Notes: a model not told the origin generated them from the letters alone. 57,475 nt of DNA, filler included, from Dugesia japonica (GCA_001938525.1; 6 parts of 6 records of this genome joined end to end with filler, not necessarily neighbours in it), one strand, 5' to 3'. Counted from the first letter of the whole stretch, positions 36,996-49,660 are shown. Translations and numbers: made by a program.

Positions 36996-37610
36996 AGTAG
37001 GTAGATTCTAGCACACTGTATCATCCAAGGTCATTTTTTCCAAGGTCACTGATACAGTATACTTGATTCTCATTGGTCAGTAATCTAGTATACTCAATTC
37101 TGATTGGCGGAAAATTTGAAGGTTCAATTTTCAAAATCAAACTGATACAGTATACTCTATTCCGATTGGTCGAAATATTTTCCAGGTCAAAGTGATATAG
37201 TATACTATTATCTGATTAGTCCAAATGTTTCAAGGTCATCTGATAAACTTCACAGATAAATTCCCCAGGCATACTCAATATTAAAATTTCCCGCGCAAAA
37301 TTAATATTAATATTTTTTTTGTTATAATGTATCATTTTTTTTTAATTTTATTTTTGTTTAAACGATCAGATAGGAAATTAAAAATTAAGATAGGATTGTC
37401 TCATGAACCTGTAGCGTAATAATTCCTTCCCTATGAAAATCGCGATTAAAGTTATAGTAGTGAGATATATCAGCATGAAACCACTTGAACTCTGAAACTC
37501 CCCCCTCCCCCTCCCCTAGAAAATAACTTTTAGAACAAAGACAATGAGTCATAGATATGACTCATCGATGACTTAAACGAACGCTATGACTCGTCGGTTT
37601 GACTCATCGG
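36996..37610 (+). mobile_element. Polinton/Maverick-like terminus with CCAAT/AGGTCA repeats and AP-1 site cluster
   Basis: Starts AGTAGGTAGATTCTAGCACACTG. Four units of roughly 35-55 bp with AGTATACT..GATTGG and AGGTCA; five TGA(C/G)TCA-like sites at 37545-37606. Confidence 0.5.
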
Positions 37611-40359
37611 TTTTTTTTCAATTTTTTAAATTGTAAATCACAAATTAATCAAGAAATAAAAATAAACAAAATTAAGTTTTGGTACGAAAATTATGTGTAG
37701 TTAAAGATTATTCCAAATATATTTTATATAAAAATATTTATATAGTTTAAAAATTTGTAAAAGTAAAATTTAAATATTTTAGTAGCGAATGCTGTTTTAT
37801 TTAAAATTTTGTTCAAAAGTAAAAATTAAATAAAATTTCGATAACAGATAGTTATTTGCTTAAATTTTCAAAGTATTTTTAAAAAGTTTTAATTCTTATT
37901 ATTATTTTTATCATTATCATCATCATTTTTCTTCCCCTCATCTTCCCCTCTTTTTGTTATTGATTATTCTTGAACGTATTTCATTCTCCTCACTCAATAC
38001 ATCATTCAATTTCATTGTTATTTATTCTTTATTTCCATTTCTCATTTTATTTTAACTTTTTGATGTAATTAGCATTCCATATTTGATAACGTCACTCTAA
38101 TTCATTATTTCATTATTACTTTTTAAAGTAACATATACAAGTTTTAGAATAATTAAATTGTTTTTTTTCACAAAAATCTATTATTTTCATTATCCTATTC
38201 TTCTCCTTCTATTAGTTCCTCAATACTCAATAATTCTAAGCAATCGAAAAATATTTTTCTGCTGTTCTCACATCAACCAATTCTCTTTCTACACTTTCCC
38301 TTATCGAATATATTTCATTTTTGTTTACCAAAAATTTTGAATTTATTTAGAGTTAAATCTCCCTTCGTTATTGATTCAAACTTTTGTCGAATTATAATGT
38401 TGGTTTGAATTGTTGTCATTTATTTCTTGTAATGAATATCCATTTGAGTTAATCCCGAAATTCTTCAGGTTTTCTTTGCTGCTTAATATTCTCTTTTTTA
38501 GAATTGCTTTGGATTTATTTTCATAATGTATGTCTTTCTATATTCAAATTTATTGATTTTGATATTTTTTCTATAGTGAAACTATTTTTATCATTTACTA
38601 GCAGTTTGTTCCTAACATCAATTAAATTTTTTTCTCTAATGCGTCAATTACATCTATCCCTTTTAAATGTTTGTCGACTTTATTTTTATTACTTCGCCAC
38701 AACAAACGTTTAGAATTTAAAGAACAGAATTTTATAAATGGAGTCCATTGTAATGAAAGCATGGAAAAGGCTTTTCTTTTCGCCAATTCCAGAAATCAAT
38801 AAATCTAATTCTAAGTGAGGCAAAGATATACTTTCTGCATTGTTTTCTTTCACCTCATCAAACATCAGGAATTCTATGCAACATTTACTATTTATTCATT
38901 AAGTATTAATTACTCCGTTTATAACTTCATCGATTGTCTTATTTCAAAATTCGTTCTTTTGATCTTGTAAACAATGATCAATACAGTTCCATTCAGTGGA
39001 AAATTCAAGACTCGTTTGATTTATTCTTTTCTGACTTGCATTGGCTACACTTTATAATTCGCGAACGCTATTTTATTCTTTACTAATACATATCTATTGT
39101 TAATTGGAGTTTAAAGCAAACGAAGTACCTGAAGAAACATCATGTTTTAAGCAAGTCTTCTCTGACTTCAAAAATGAAATTGAAAATTCCTTGTTCTGTG
39201 ATCCAATTTTATACTAACCGCATCCCTTGTATGATCTTTGAGATCGGCATGAGAAAATATTTAAACAAAAATTCTTTTTTTGAAAAATTCTACAATCAAT
39301 CAATCAAATTAGGCCAAGGAGATAATGGAGATTAGTTACCAAAAAATTGATTATTGAACATTATATCTATTTTTATTATATCTTAAAGTTGTGTTTTATT
39401 TATTATTATAGTAATTTTAAAAATTAAAAAGAAATAAAATCTAACTAGACAATTTATCACTGTGGGGATTTACTTTTAAGAAGATTTTTAATTTTTATAA
39501 TTTGCTTGTTCCTTGGTTTTGTTTAAATATTGTAAAGTTTTGAGTGTGGATTTGAAATTAGAAATTGGGTAAATTTGTTAAGTGTACTTGTTTGTTAATT
39601 AACTTTATTTGTAAATATTTCAATTGAACTATATTATCTTTATTAAAGTTGTAGTATTTTAATTTTGTTTTACGATTTTAAGTGTTAGCCATAATCAAAT
39701 ACGAATTTTGTAGTTTAGAAAATTTGTAGGATTTACTATTCAGAAGCCAGATAGTTTATAAGAAGAAAGAGAAGATCCTTAACTATATCATGAATAAAAT
39801 GTTAGAAACAAATAATACTTCTGTTTTTGATATTACCCTGACTAATCACAATTATACAAACTCAAACATTTTTTTATCCATCATACCAATAATGCCAAAA
39901 TACTATTGACAATTATAACTCTTATAATAATAGGTCGATTTTACTAAAGGTTTTAATAAATTCTAAGTACAATACATTAATAAATCTTAAATCTGATAAA
40001 TNNNNNNNNNNNNNNNNNNNNNNNNNNNNNNNNNNNNNNNNNNNNTTAATTAATTAANNNNNNNNNNNNNNNNNNNNNNNNNNNNNNNNNNNNNNNNNNN
40101 NTGTGATATTTTTTCATTTCTTGCGGTTATTTTATATTATTCTGCATTTAATACATCATACAAAGATGATTATAGCTTATTACGAAATTTATTATAGTTA
40201 TTACTCATTTATTACTCATTCCGGTCCTTAATTTCATTTTTTAAGTTTCGGTATTTGACGGTTAATTATCAGCTTCAAGATTAATCGTACGTTATTGCAG
40301 AATAGAGAATATCTAGACGATCTAATGCAGAAAGCTTCAAATAGCTAGTAAGTTAGAAA

Positions 40360-40497
40360 CTTCTAAGAGAAGTTGAAAGGAGTGACGCATAACAACTCAG
40401 GACCGAAGTGGTGGACTCTTTCTTGCACTGGAAATGCGTAAAGCAAACACGAGCCAGACTCAGTCGACACTGATCACGTTATAAGTACTAACCAGGT
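40360..40497 (-). mobile_element. 5'-truncated copy of the 5S-derived SINE
   Basis: Minus strand begins CCTGGTTAGTACTT (5S internal promoter region) and shares its body with 40715-40850. Confidence 0.65.
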
Positions 40498-40714
40498 TTA
40501 GAGGGAACTATTCATATTAAACACGCCGCGATAAACAGACCCAATTTATTAGGCAGCGTAGATATCAGCTAGCAGGACTTCAAAAGTGATTATATGATCA
40601 ATACGTGAAGGTGTTTCACAACCCGGACTAACCAACAATCGAATTTAGAATCTGTTAGCTGATTTTGAGTTTCCCTTTGACAATCAAATGATGAAAACTC
40701 TCCAAAGGCAGAAT

Positions 40715-40927
40715 CTTCTAGGAGAAGTTGAAAGGACTAATACATAACAACCTAGGTACGAAGTGGTGGACTCTTTTTGCCCTGGAAATACGTAAAGTTA
40801 TCTCTAACCAAACACGAACCAGGCTCAGTTGATACGGCTCGCGTTATCAGTACTAATGAGGCCCAGTGCTGCTTAACTTCCGACATCGACCGAAATTTGG
40901 TGTTCCCAACCGACATGACCCTGTTAC
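40715..40927 (-). mobile_element. 5S rRNA-derived SINE (SINE3-like)
   Basis: Minus strand GGGTCATGTCGGTTGGGAACACCAAATTTCGGTCGATGTCGGAAGTTAAGCAGCACTGGGCCTCATTAGTACT aligns with the first ~78 nt of eukaryotic 5S rRNA, then continues into a non-5S body repeated at 40360. Confidence 0.7.
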
Positions 40928-41887
40928 TATCGGTATAAATAAACATTTACGATGTATTAATCAAATTTTTTACTAAAACAAAAATATTGTTGCCCATTAT
41001 TTAACATCGCCCCTCCCCCCATCTAGAAAAACTCCTGTATCCGTTTCTGACAAACATTAACCAAAAATATTGCTTTAAAAAGTAAGAATATTTATTATCA
41101 AACTAAAAGTGAAGCTTATTCGTTTAAGTAATATTAGATGTAAGTTATTTCTCAAACTTCATAAAAACGTTTCAGTTACCAACTATATGGTTAAAATCTC
41201 AACAAGGATCGTAATATTTAAGATTATTTTTTTATATTAATTTTTAATTTCCAACATATAAATATTATTATAATTTTGTCATTGTGAAAATAAATTAAGA
41301 TTTATTTACCAATGGTTTATTGAAATGATTTTCAACAATCATATTGTTACTTAACGATCGAGTTACACTAATAGACGATATCTGATCTAGAATTATAATC
41401 ACCAAATTTATTAATATACACATATATATACATGAAAATAAAATTAACCTGTTGAATCATGGGTAAATGGATTTACTCTAGGTGTTTTAAAATTCAATGA
41501 ATTATGAAAATGAGTTATATTATCAGTAAACATTAACTAAACAAATTTATGTTATTGTAAAATATAAGTTTCTTGTAGATAAAAATTAATTTTATTATAA
41601 TAATGTTTTATTCCCAAATTTTCTTAAATGTTCCAAATTTAAAAATATTCACAAATCATTTGAGAAATCTATTTATTAAAACACGAGATTATATGGCAGT
41701 AGAAAAAATAGAAGTTTTTAATATCAAATTTAAAAATAGTATTAAATTTAAAAATTATTTTATTAAATTAATTTTTTTTTGGTAAAAATAAAAAATATTT
41801 ATTGATAAGTCAATTTTAGTTTTCTTTCTTTAATTAAATTTGAATTTCTCGATTGAATGAGCAGACCTTGTAATTTTCAAATTATTT

Positions 41888-42823
41888 ATGAGTAATAATG
41901 TAGCTACAGCAGACTTTTACCTGAAATATGACCATAAAAAAGAAAATTTGATAATATTGGTTGATAAACTTGAAGTAAATCACAATATCATACCAATTAT
42001 GAAAGCAAGTTTAAATTTTACTTTATTACCCAAGAAAATTTCTATGTCAACCGGTCGTAAAATTCAGCACAAAAATTCACTTTATTTTATTTTTGATGAA
42101 AGTTTAACTTTCAAAAAATTAGAAGCAGCTCAAATTGGTATAATGGGTTTGACTGTCGAATTATTCTCTCATCATTCTATAATGAAATCGTCCAAAATTG
42201 CTGATGAATATCAAGCATTAGATAAATTAAGTTTAACTTCAATTGTGGACAGAATTTTATTACGTTTGACAACTGAGCAGGTAAATTACATGGAAGAACA
42301 TGAAAAACAGAAACTCAGATTATTAAACCGTCAAACAAGTAATGTATCTTCTGGAAGTGTTCTTTCTCAAGACCCTAAAATTGCGGTTACTTTTAAGTTA
42401 CATTCGACTATATCTCGTTTAGATGTATACATTCACAGAGTTGCAAGAATAAATTTATTTGTTTCATCAGGCTACATTAGAGCTGGATTTTTTGCATTTG
42501 GATCTAAAATGGTTTCTACTTTAACTTCTGAAAGAATAAATTTTTCAAATGATAACTTACTTCACATTTCAATGTCTTTAGGAACTAAAGATGCAGATAT
42601 TAAAGAATCTGGTGTATGTATTCAAATTATTCCCCACAGCAAAAAAGATCTTCAAGTGAATTCTTTAAAATATCATGAAAATAACGGAGTTTTATACGTG
42701 ATTTTTAGTCAAGAAATGTTCACAAGTATAACTTCCAAGTTAGCTTGGTCGAACTTTTCCAACAATTTAATTGATTTTAATAATCGATGGCACACATTTA
42801 TAGTTGGGAGTTTAGTTATTTGA
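41888..42823 (+). CDS. Divergent synaptotagmin-14/16-like tandem C2-domain protein (possibly the terminal exon)
   Basis: 311-aa intact ORF. C2A-like FYLKYD..ENLIILV..FTLLPKK..IFDESLTF..MGLTVELF..KIADEYQALDKLSL; Ser-rich linker; C2B-like PKIAVTF..RLDVYI..YIRAGF..W..RWHTF; AATAAA near 43024. Confidence 0.65.
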   Translation: MSNNVATADFYLKYDHKKENLIILVDKLEVNHNIIPIMKASLNFTLLPKKISMSTGRKIQHKNSLYFIFDESLTFKKLEAAQIGIMGLTVELFSHHSIMKSSKIADEYQALDKLSLTSIVDRILLRLTTEQVNYMEEHEKQKLRLLNRQTSNVSSGSVLSQDPKIAVTFKLHSTISRLDVYIHRVARINLFVSSGYIRAGFFAFGSKMVSTLTSERINFSNDNLLHISMSLGTKDADIKESGVCIQIIPHSKKDLQVNSLKYHENNGVLYVIFSQEMFTSITSKLAWSNFSNNLIDFNNRWHTFIVGSLVI

Positions 42824-43960
42824 AGATATATTTAATGAATTAGTTTTTTGACTAATATCAGCAAAAATAAACTCGATAGCAATTATTAATGAAAAGTTTA
42901 ATATGCATCGTTAATATGAAACATTGTGGAATTAACAATCTCAGATTTGGATCATTGATTTATTTTATTTAATTATAATAATTTTTTTATTGTACTTAAT
43001 GAGTTGATAATATTGTATTTTGAGATTTTTATTCTGAATTTAATAATAAAAGCCACAATTTGTGAGATTTAGATGTTTAGATATTAAATATATATATATA
43101 TATATAGTAATAAAGATTAACCCTATAAAACCTTAATATGTTTAATATGGATAAATATGTATTTTGTAAATATGACATAGTTAACTTATTGAATAAAAAA
43201 AAATTATTTTTAAAATTTAATTGTGTTAAATATATAGTTTACAGGTTTAGATTTTTTTCTCCAGTCGTTTGCTATCAGAAAGCAGACTTTACTAGATTAA
43301 AATAGGGTGAATTTATTGTAAATTACATAGCTATTTATACTGGATTGTTTAACAAAATATTCCAAAACAACATAATTTTTTAAAAGTCACTTGAGTTTTT
43401 CATAAAATCAATTCATGTTATGAACTTATTTCTAGAAATATATTTACAATTCAATCCAAATCAATAAAATAAATAATAAAAATTTTACAATTAAAATAAA
43501 ATAAAATAAAAAATAAAATTGAATAATAAAATTTATTGTAACAATTTAAAATAAATTGTCCCGGGATAATAAAATTGTATGATTCTGGTTGTTGATAGTG
43601 AAACTGAAGTTGTCTGAATTGCATATAAACTAAATTTTTGATTGAAGGATTTGTTGTGCGAGCATCTTATGTATTGTAAGTTTGTTATATTTATTGGTTA
43701 TTATCCAAAACATTTAAACTGAAAAAGTATGTAATAGATTTATAGCTAGAAACTCAAATCTGTGGAAGATGTTTGTTATAAATAGTACTTCCTTCAGCTT
43801 ACCTTAAATAATTAGCGCAAGCCGATTTGTGAATTTATTAAGAAATCTTCATCGTATATTTTATGTATTTATTAAATTTGTACATTTTAAGTTATAGTAA
43901 GTGTAATTTTAATTTGAAGATTTTACACAAACACAACTAAATATAATTTACAGATAATTT

Positions 43961-44207
43961 ATTTAAAATAATAAAAGCTTCGATCAAAATTTTTTTATTA
44001 TTTTTTGAGATTCGATATTTCGACCTTGTCTCCGTCAGGAATTGACTTTATTTGACTTCAATTCCTAACGAAGACAAGGTTGAAATATCGAATCTCAAAA
44101 AACAATAAATAAATTTTGATCGAAACTTTTATTATTTTAAATGAATTTTAAAAAGCGATCAATGGTTATGTCCAACAATTATTCTCACAATAATTACAAT
44201 TGTAATA
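43961..44207 (+). mobile_element. Penelope inverted-pLTR hairpin with two opposed hammerhead motifs and tail
   Basis: Arms of about 85 bp (43961-44045 and 44059-44142). Hammerheads: minus strand ATTC-CTGACGG-AGAC-AAG-GTC-GAAA-TA-TC-GAAT; plus strand ATTC-CTAACGA-AGAC-AAG-GTT-GAAA-TA-TC-GAAT. Family tail at 44143-44207. Confidence 0.8.
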
Positions 44208-47200
44208 TAGATAATTTGTTGTACTTTTCATATACAAGGATATCAAATGATTTCAAGCAATTCCAACATTTTATGAATTTCAACACTCTTAATAATATAT
44301 CAATTTTAAATAAAAACATGCAACAAAAAAATTATTAATACGGTAATGTGACGCACAATTACTTATATTTCTGAAAGTTATATCCANAACAACCAGCACA
44401 GTTCTCAGACATTATGTTTCCTATTTCGATTAATATAATATCAGACAATATTTCGATTGATTAGTATACATAATTTCCGCTATGTTTGTATGTAGGGAAA
44501 TAATACTTTAATTAAATTAAATATTAAAAAAAAACAATAAATAAATTTTACATAAAAAATTAAAAATAAAATTATTATTTGAAAATAATTTAAATTAGAT
44601 TTCTACAAATAAAATAAACTTTAAAATGGATAATATGCCTAATCGACAATTGGGAGTTAAGTTTATATAGAAATTATTAAAGTAAAAAATGACTAAAATT
44701 TAAATTAATTAAAATTTATTAATTTCAAATATTATTTTGTACTGTAAGAAATTAAAGCTTAGCATAAAATTAAACTTCGAATTTATTAAATCTTGAAATT
44801 AGATGGAATTTAATATTAATCTGTTACAAATATGTAAAAATTATGAATGTTTGAAATTTTGATCATAACAGAGGTAATGAAGCTGGAGAATAAAAAAATC
44901 TAAACACATAATTTCCTACGCTTGTATGCAAATTTGTCAGAACTCTCGAGTTATAAAAGTTAATATAAATTTAAATNNNNNNNNNNNNNNNNNNNNNNNN
45001 NNNNNNNNNNNNNNNNNNNNNNNNNNNNNNNNNNNNNNNNNNNNNNNNNNNNNNNNNNNNNNNNNNNNNNNNNNNNNNNNNNNNNNNNNNNNNNNNNNNN
45101 NNNNNNNNNNNNNNNNNNNNNNNNNNNNNNNNNNNNNNTTTTATTTAATTAAGTAAAATTTCTATGTGAATTTTTTTAATAACTTCTCACTTTAAATATC
45201 AAATTTCAATTGAACACTCGAACAAGGCTTATGTGAAATTAATAAGGGAAATCCCCTGTATAAGAGTCTCGCAAATTTTTCGTTTCATGCGATTTAGTGT
45301 TTATTTCTAGAAACGTGTTAAAACAAACACCTACATATTTTTTCTCGCTAAAATTATTTTAAGTAATAAAATTAGGTATATGTGTATATATATAATTGAT
45401 AATAAATTCTGTTCGATAGTAATTTCAATAGAAATATATTATACTTGAAATTTTTATCACATTTTCTGATTATTAGATTGTAAAATTTGTGTTAAAAAAG
45501 AAATATTTGAAATATTTATTAAATTTGTTACTTCAATGAAAATTGTTCAGAAATGAAAATGGTCAATGAAGCATTTTTCATGGTTGAATAATTGAAGAAG
45601 GAAAGAGATTTACCTAGAGTCACAGTAGTTGGATCACGCTGATGAATTCCATTATTTCTAATTCATCTGGAATATGAAAAATATTTCAAAAATTTACGAT
45701 AAATAGAAAGTATTTATTTGAAATCTTCAATTTAATAAAATAAAAATATAAAATTCCAGATTTCATTTTGTTTGCATTTTCATTTCTTTTGGAAAATAGT
45801 ATATTATTTTTTTATTTCTGCAACAGTATCTAATATCGTGACACGTGTGCAGCAAACAGTACGAGATTAAACTTTTTTAAAAATCAGTTAATTTCAACGA
45901 GATATTAAGTAAAAATTTTGTAATCTTCAATTTATAACGTTTAAAAAATATTTAATATTTCATTAAAAGTATTAATTTTAAATATGATAAAAAAAATGAC
46001 TTTTAAAAAATCAATTTATATCCGATGGGATTTTGTTGGCAGGAAAAAAAATTATGATTATCAAATAATTAAACGAATTTTAATTTATAATACACCAAAT
46101 TGCGTTTTTACGCGATAGAAAAAAGAGGGTGTTGGTTCTACATTTTAAATATCAGCCAAAATAAGCTGAATCAAGTATAATGTAAATTAATGGTTCTTGT
46201 GTGCTCTATGCACACATTTTATTTAAACAAAAAGTAAAAAAATAAACTATTCATTTAATAGTTATTTTATAAATAAAGCATAATTGTAGATAAATAAACA
46301 AAAACATGCATAATTTCACAAAAATTACCAGAAAAATCAATACAAAATTCGTACTTTTTTCATAATATTTTTTCTCTCTGAAATGGTTTTAAATGAAAAA
46401 TATTTAAACAACGCAAAAACAAAAGCATTATTTTTTTGGAATCACATAAAAACAGAATTAAGTGTAAAGTAAAAGTACCTGCATAAGGATTAATAGGAAT
46501 TAACATGTATATAACTATAAAAACCATAGATAATTTTAGAAAACCCTNNNNNNNNNNNNNNNNNNNNNNNNNNNNNNNNNNNNNNNNNNNNNNNNNNNNN
46601 NNNNNNNNNNNNNNNNNNNNNNNNNNNNNNNNNNNNNNNNNNNNNNNNNNNNNNNNNNNNNNNNNNNNNNNNNNNNNNNNNNNGCTGAAGAATATGTATA
46701 ATTTTGTTAATGATTTTTGTTTAATTTTTAATAAAAGATTTTTGTGACGTATTTTTAATGACTTTTATTATGGTGGAAGACTGTTCTTCTTTTTTAAGAT
46801 CTATCCTTCTTTAAGGACGTATTTTCTTTGTTATATCAGTTATTTCTACTAAATGGCAAAAAATTTTTGTTGAGTATAAATCATGATTGTTCTTGAAGAT
46901 CCTTTGCTCATACACTATGAATAGGGCTTTTCTTTTTTTGGAGAATGCACTAGTGAGGAGAAAATGAATAAATATTTCTTCCTAGTAGCATCCCGCATTC
47001 CCGCTCAAGATACCTGGAAATTTAATTAAACCAATAAAACAAACTTAAAAAATTAATAATATAAATTACTTAAAATCTTAATATTTATTTATAAATAGAA
47101 ATAAATTGTAATAAATAGATAACATTTTGATTTTTTTACACTATTGCATTGTGTATTTTTTAATTGCAGACCATAAAAACGATGTCAATAAATTATTTTA

Positions 47201-48681
47201 AATCGCAATAAAATATTTATCATCTGTAATTAATTTCTTATCATTAAACGTATTTAGAATTTCTATTTTCTTATTTTTACCAATTTATTTTTTCATATAA
47301 TTTTGACAGAAAAATGGTCACATGACAAATTGAAAAGAAAATTTATAAAATTCAACATGATTTGTTTGATCAATAATTGTTAGCTTAGAATGCTGTTATA
47401 TGCTGATAAACTCATTGTTCAAATGTACCACGGTTATATTTTATCACATTGGCTTGGTACAATAAACTCAATTAATCAATATTGTTTTTAAATACGTTTT
47501 TTTTCAATAAGAAATTTTTTCAGTAATTCTTTTTACATTTAATTTTGAATTAAATTTATTTTCAATAGTTTGGAAATGTTTTGTGACAAAGATCATTTTG
47601 ACTAAAAAAAAAACAGAAAAATTAAAAAAATTTTCAATTACAATTTGAAATAAATTTTATTTGCTAATTAATAATTGCAAACGGCATTTTAAAATTTGTC
47701 TTTACGACATGTTTCGACAGATTAAATATTATCTTCATTCATAATCCTTTTATCCATCCAAAAATAGTTTCTTTTTGGAGTTTCCAAAATAAAAACTCGC
47801 AATAATATATTTAATTGATAACTGCTAATAAATTGATGTGACCTGATGATCAGGTAAAGGTCAATCTTGCAGAAAGAATAAGAATTTTCTCCATATAACT
47901 GAAATATTTACTTGATTTGGAATATATTCGAAATCAAGACTAAGCTTTTGTAATAAATTTTATTGAACTTACAAAATTTTGTTACAAAAATAATTTTGGA
48001 AATTTTTACAATGAATCAACTAAAATCAATAAAATGCATTGATAAATATAAAAAGTTTTCTAGATGGTTTTCACACTCTTAAAACTTTTAATACAAATAT
48101 TTGAGCCACACTGAAATTTTATTGGTCGCACATCAACTTTTTATTTTTCAATTACTAGCGAAGGTTCGAGAGCGAATCCATACAATTTTATAGTCTTATT
48201 TTCAAGAAAAATTATTAATCAACAATCATTTGATTACAATTGATTATTTAAATTTAATCTCTCAAAATATTCTTAGCATATATCTCCCATAGTTTCATTT
48301 TTTAGAATGACTTCGAATTATTTGAAATGATCTGTGGTTTTCCGTAATTATGAAGGATGAAACAATGTTTTTTATTAATATTATAAAAAGTAACCTAATA
48401 CATTTATTCAAAATATTTCCCACCATTATTTACTACCTTTTATCTTCTTCATTTCATCTGCTCTCTGCAAAAAATGAATATCCCGATGGAAATAGTATAT
48501 GTTCTAGATTGAATGAAGTTATCATTGTTGAAGAAGTTATCTTCTTCAACATTGTGAAATTATGTATCAGAAAGACTGTGTNNNNNNNNNNNNNNNNNNN
48601 NNNNNNNNNNNNNNNNNNNNNNNNNTTAATTAATTAANNNNNNNNNNNNNNNNNNNNNNNNNNNNNNNNNNNNNNNNNNNN

Positions 48682-49660
48682 GCAATCTTTTCCATTTTCA
48701 TCAATTAAGTTAACGTGACTTCCATTCCTTCTTGTGTAGTTATTCATATTGTTCGAATAATATCTTTGGTTGCCACTTCTAAATACTTTTCTGGTCTGTT
48801 CACTTTTATTTTGATAACTAAACTGACTGTTCATATTTGTGTAACAGTCCTCTCTGTGGTGACCTTTCTTATTGCATCTTGAACAACTAACTTTGGTACA
48901 GTCTCTTCTTAAGTTTTGTTCAGATCCACAAGCATCACACTTTTTTTTCTTTCTTGACAATTTCTGCTAACATGACCTATTTTGTTGCAGGTTCAACACC
49001 TTATTTCTCGTCTTTCGTTGTTTCTGTTCTGTTGCATTCCTACATTTCGACTCTTGTTGAAATTTGTTTGTTCTGGACTTCGGCGAAAGGCAACTTTGTA
49101 GTTACGAACTACATTTATTTCTTCAGTTTTTACTTCGTTTTGTATGTCTTCCTACTCTTTTATTGTTTTAAATACATCGTCTACTTTTTCTATTTTTCCT
49201 GATTTGATTTTATGTTTAATATTTCTGTCGTTGCAACTATTCATTATNAGCTCTTTTGTTAGGTCCTCTTTGTTCCATTTATGAGCCATTAACTTTTCTA
49301 CCAATCCTTTAATCTTTTTCTTATAGATATTTATATGCTCTCCATTCCTTCGATAATTTAGAGCTTCATCCATATCTTTAATCATTGTTGATGGCCTTTT
49401 TGAATCTTTTTTCAAATCCCAATGATTTGTCTTCATTTTCATAGATTTCACGCAGTTCTTTATCTATGAAAGCAACGACAAACAAACTCCTTTGGCCTTT
49501 CTTTGTTCCGGTTATATCAAAATATTTTGTTGTCTTCAGGATAAATTTTTCGACATCATCGCTAAATTTGAAAATTCCAGGGTTCATGGCTTCTTTTAGC
49601 AAATCTAATGAAGTGTTGGTCGCCATATTAGTTAAATTCAAAACTTCGCGACTCTCCATA
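48682..49660 (-). mobile_element. Ty3/gypsy-like gag with two zinc knuckles, frameshifted
   Basis: MNPGIFKFSDDVEKFI..YF..; CDACGSEQNLRRDC and CSRCNKKGHHREDC; Asn/Arg-rich tail. Confidence 0.75.

Noticed and set aside
38100-39260. Coding-like minus-strand sequence
   Set aside because: Riddled with stops and with no motif I can assign; probably an old mobile-element remnant.
40850-40927. Functional 5S rRNA gene
   Set aside because: Similarity stops after TTAGTACT; the 3' third of 5S and the T-run terminator are missing.
47840-47875. CTGATGA/CTGAAGA hammerhead-like cores (also about 18984, 39129 and 56014)
   Set aside because: No stem II closing onto GAAA and no stem I pairing.
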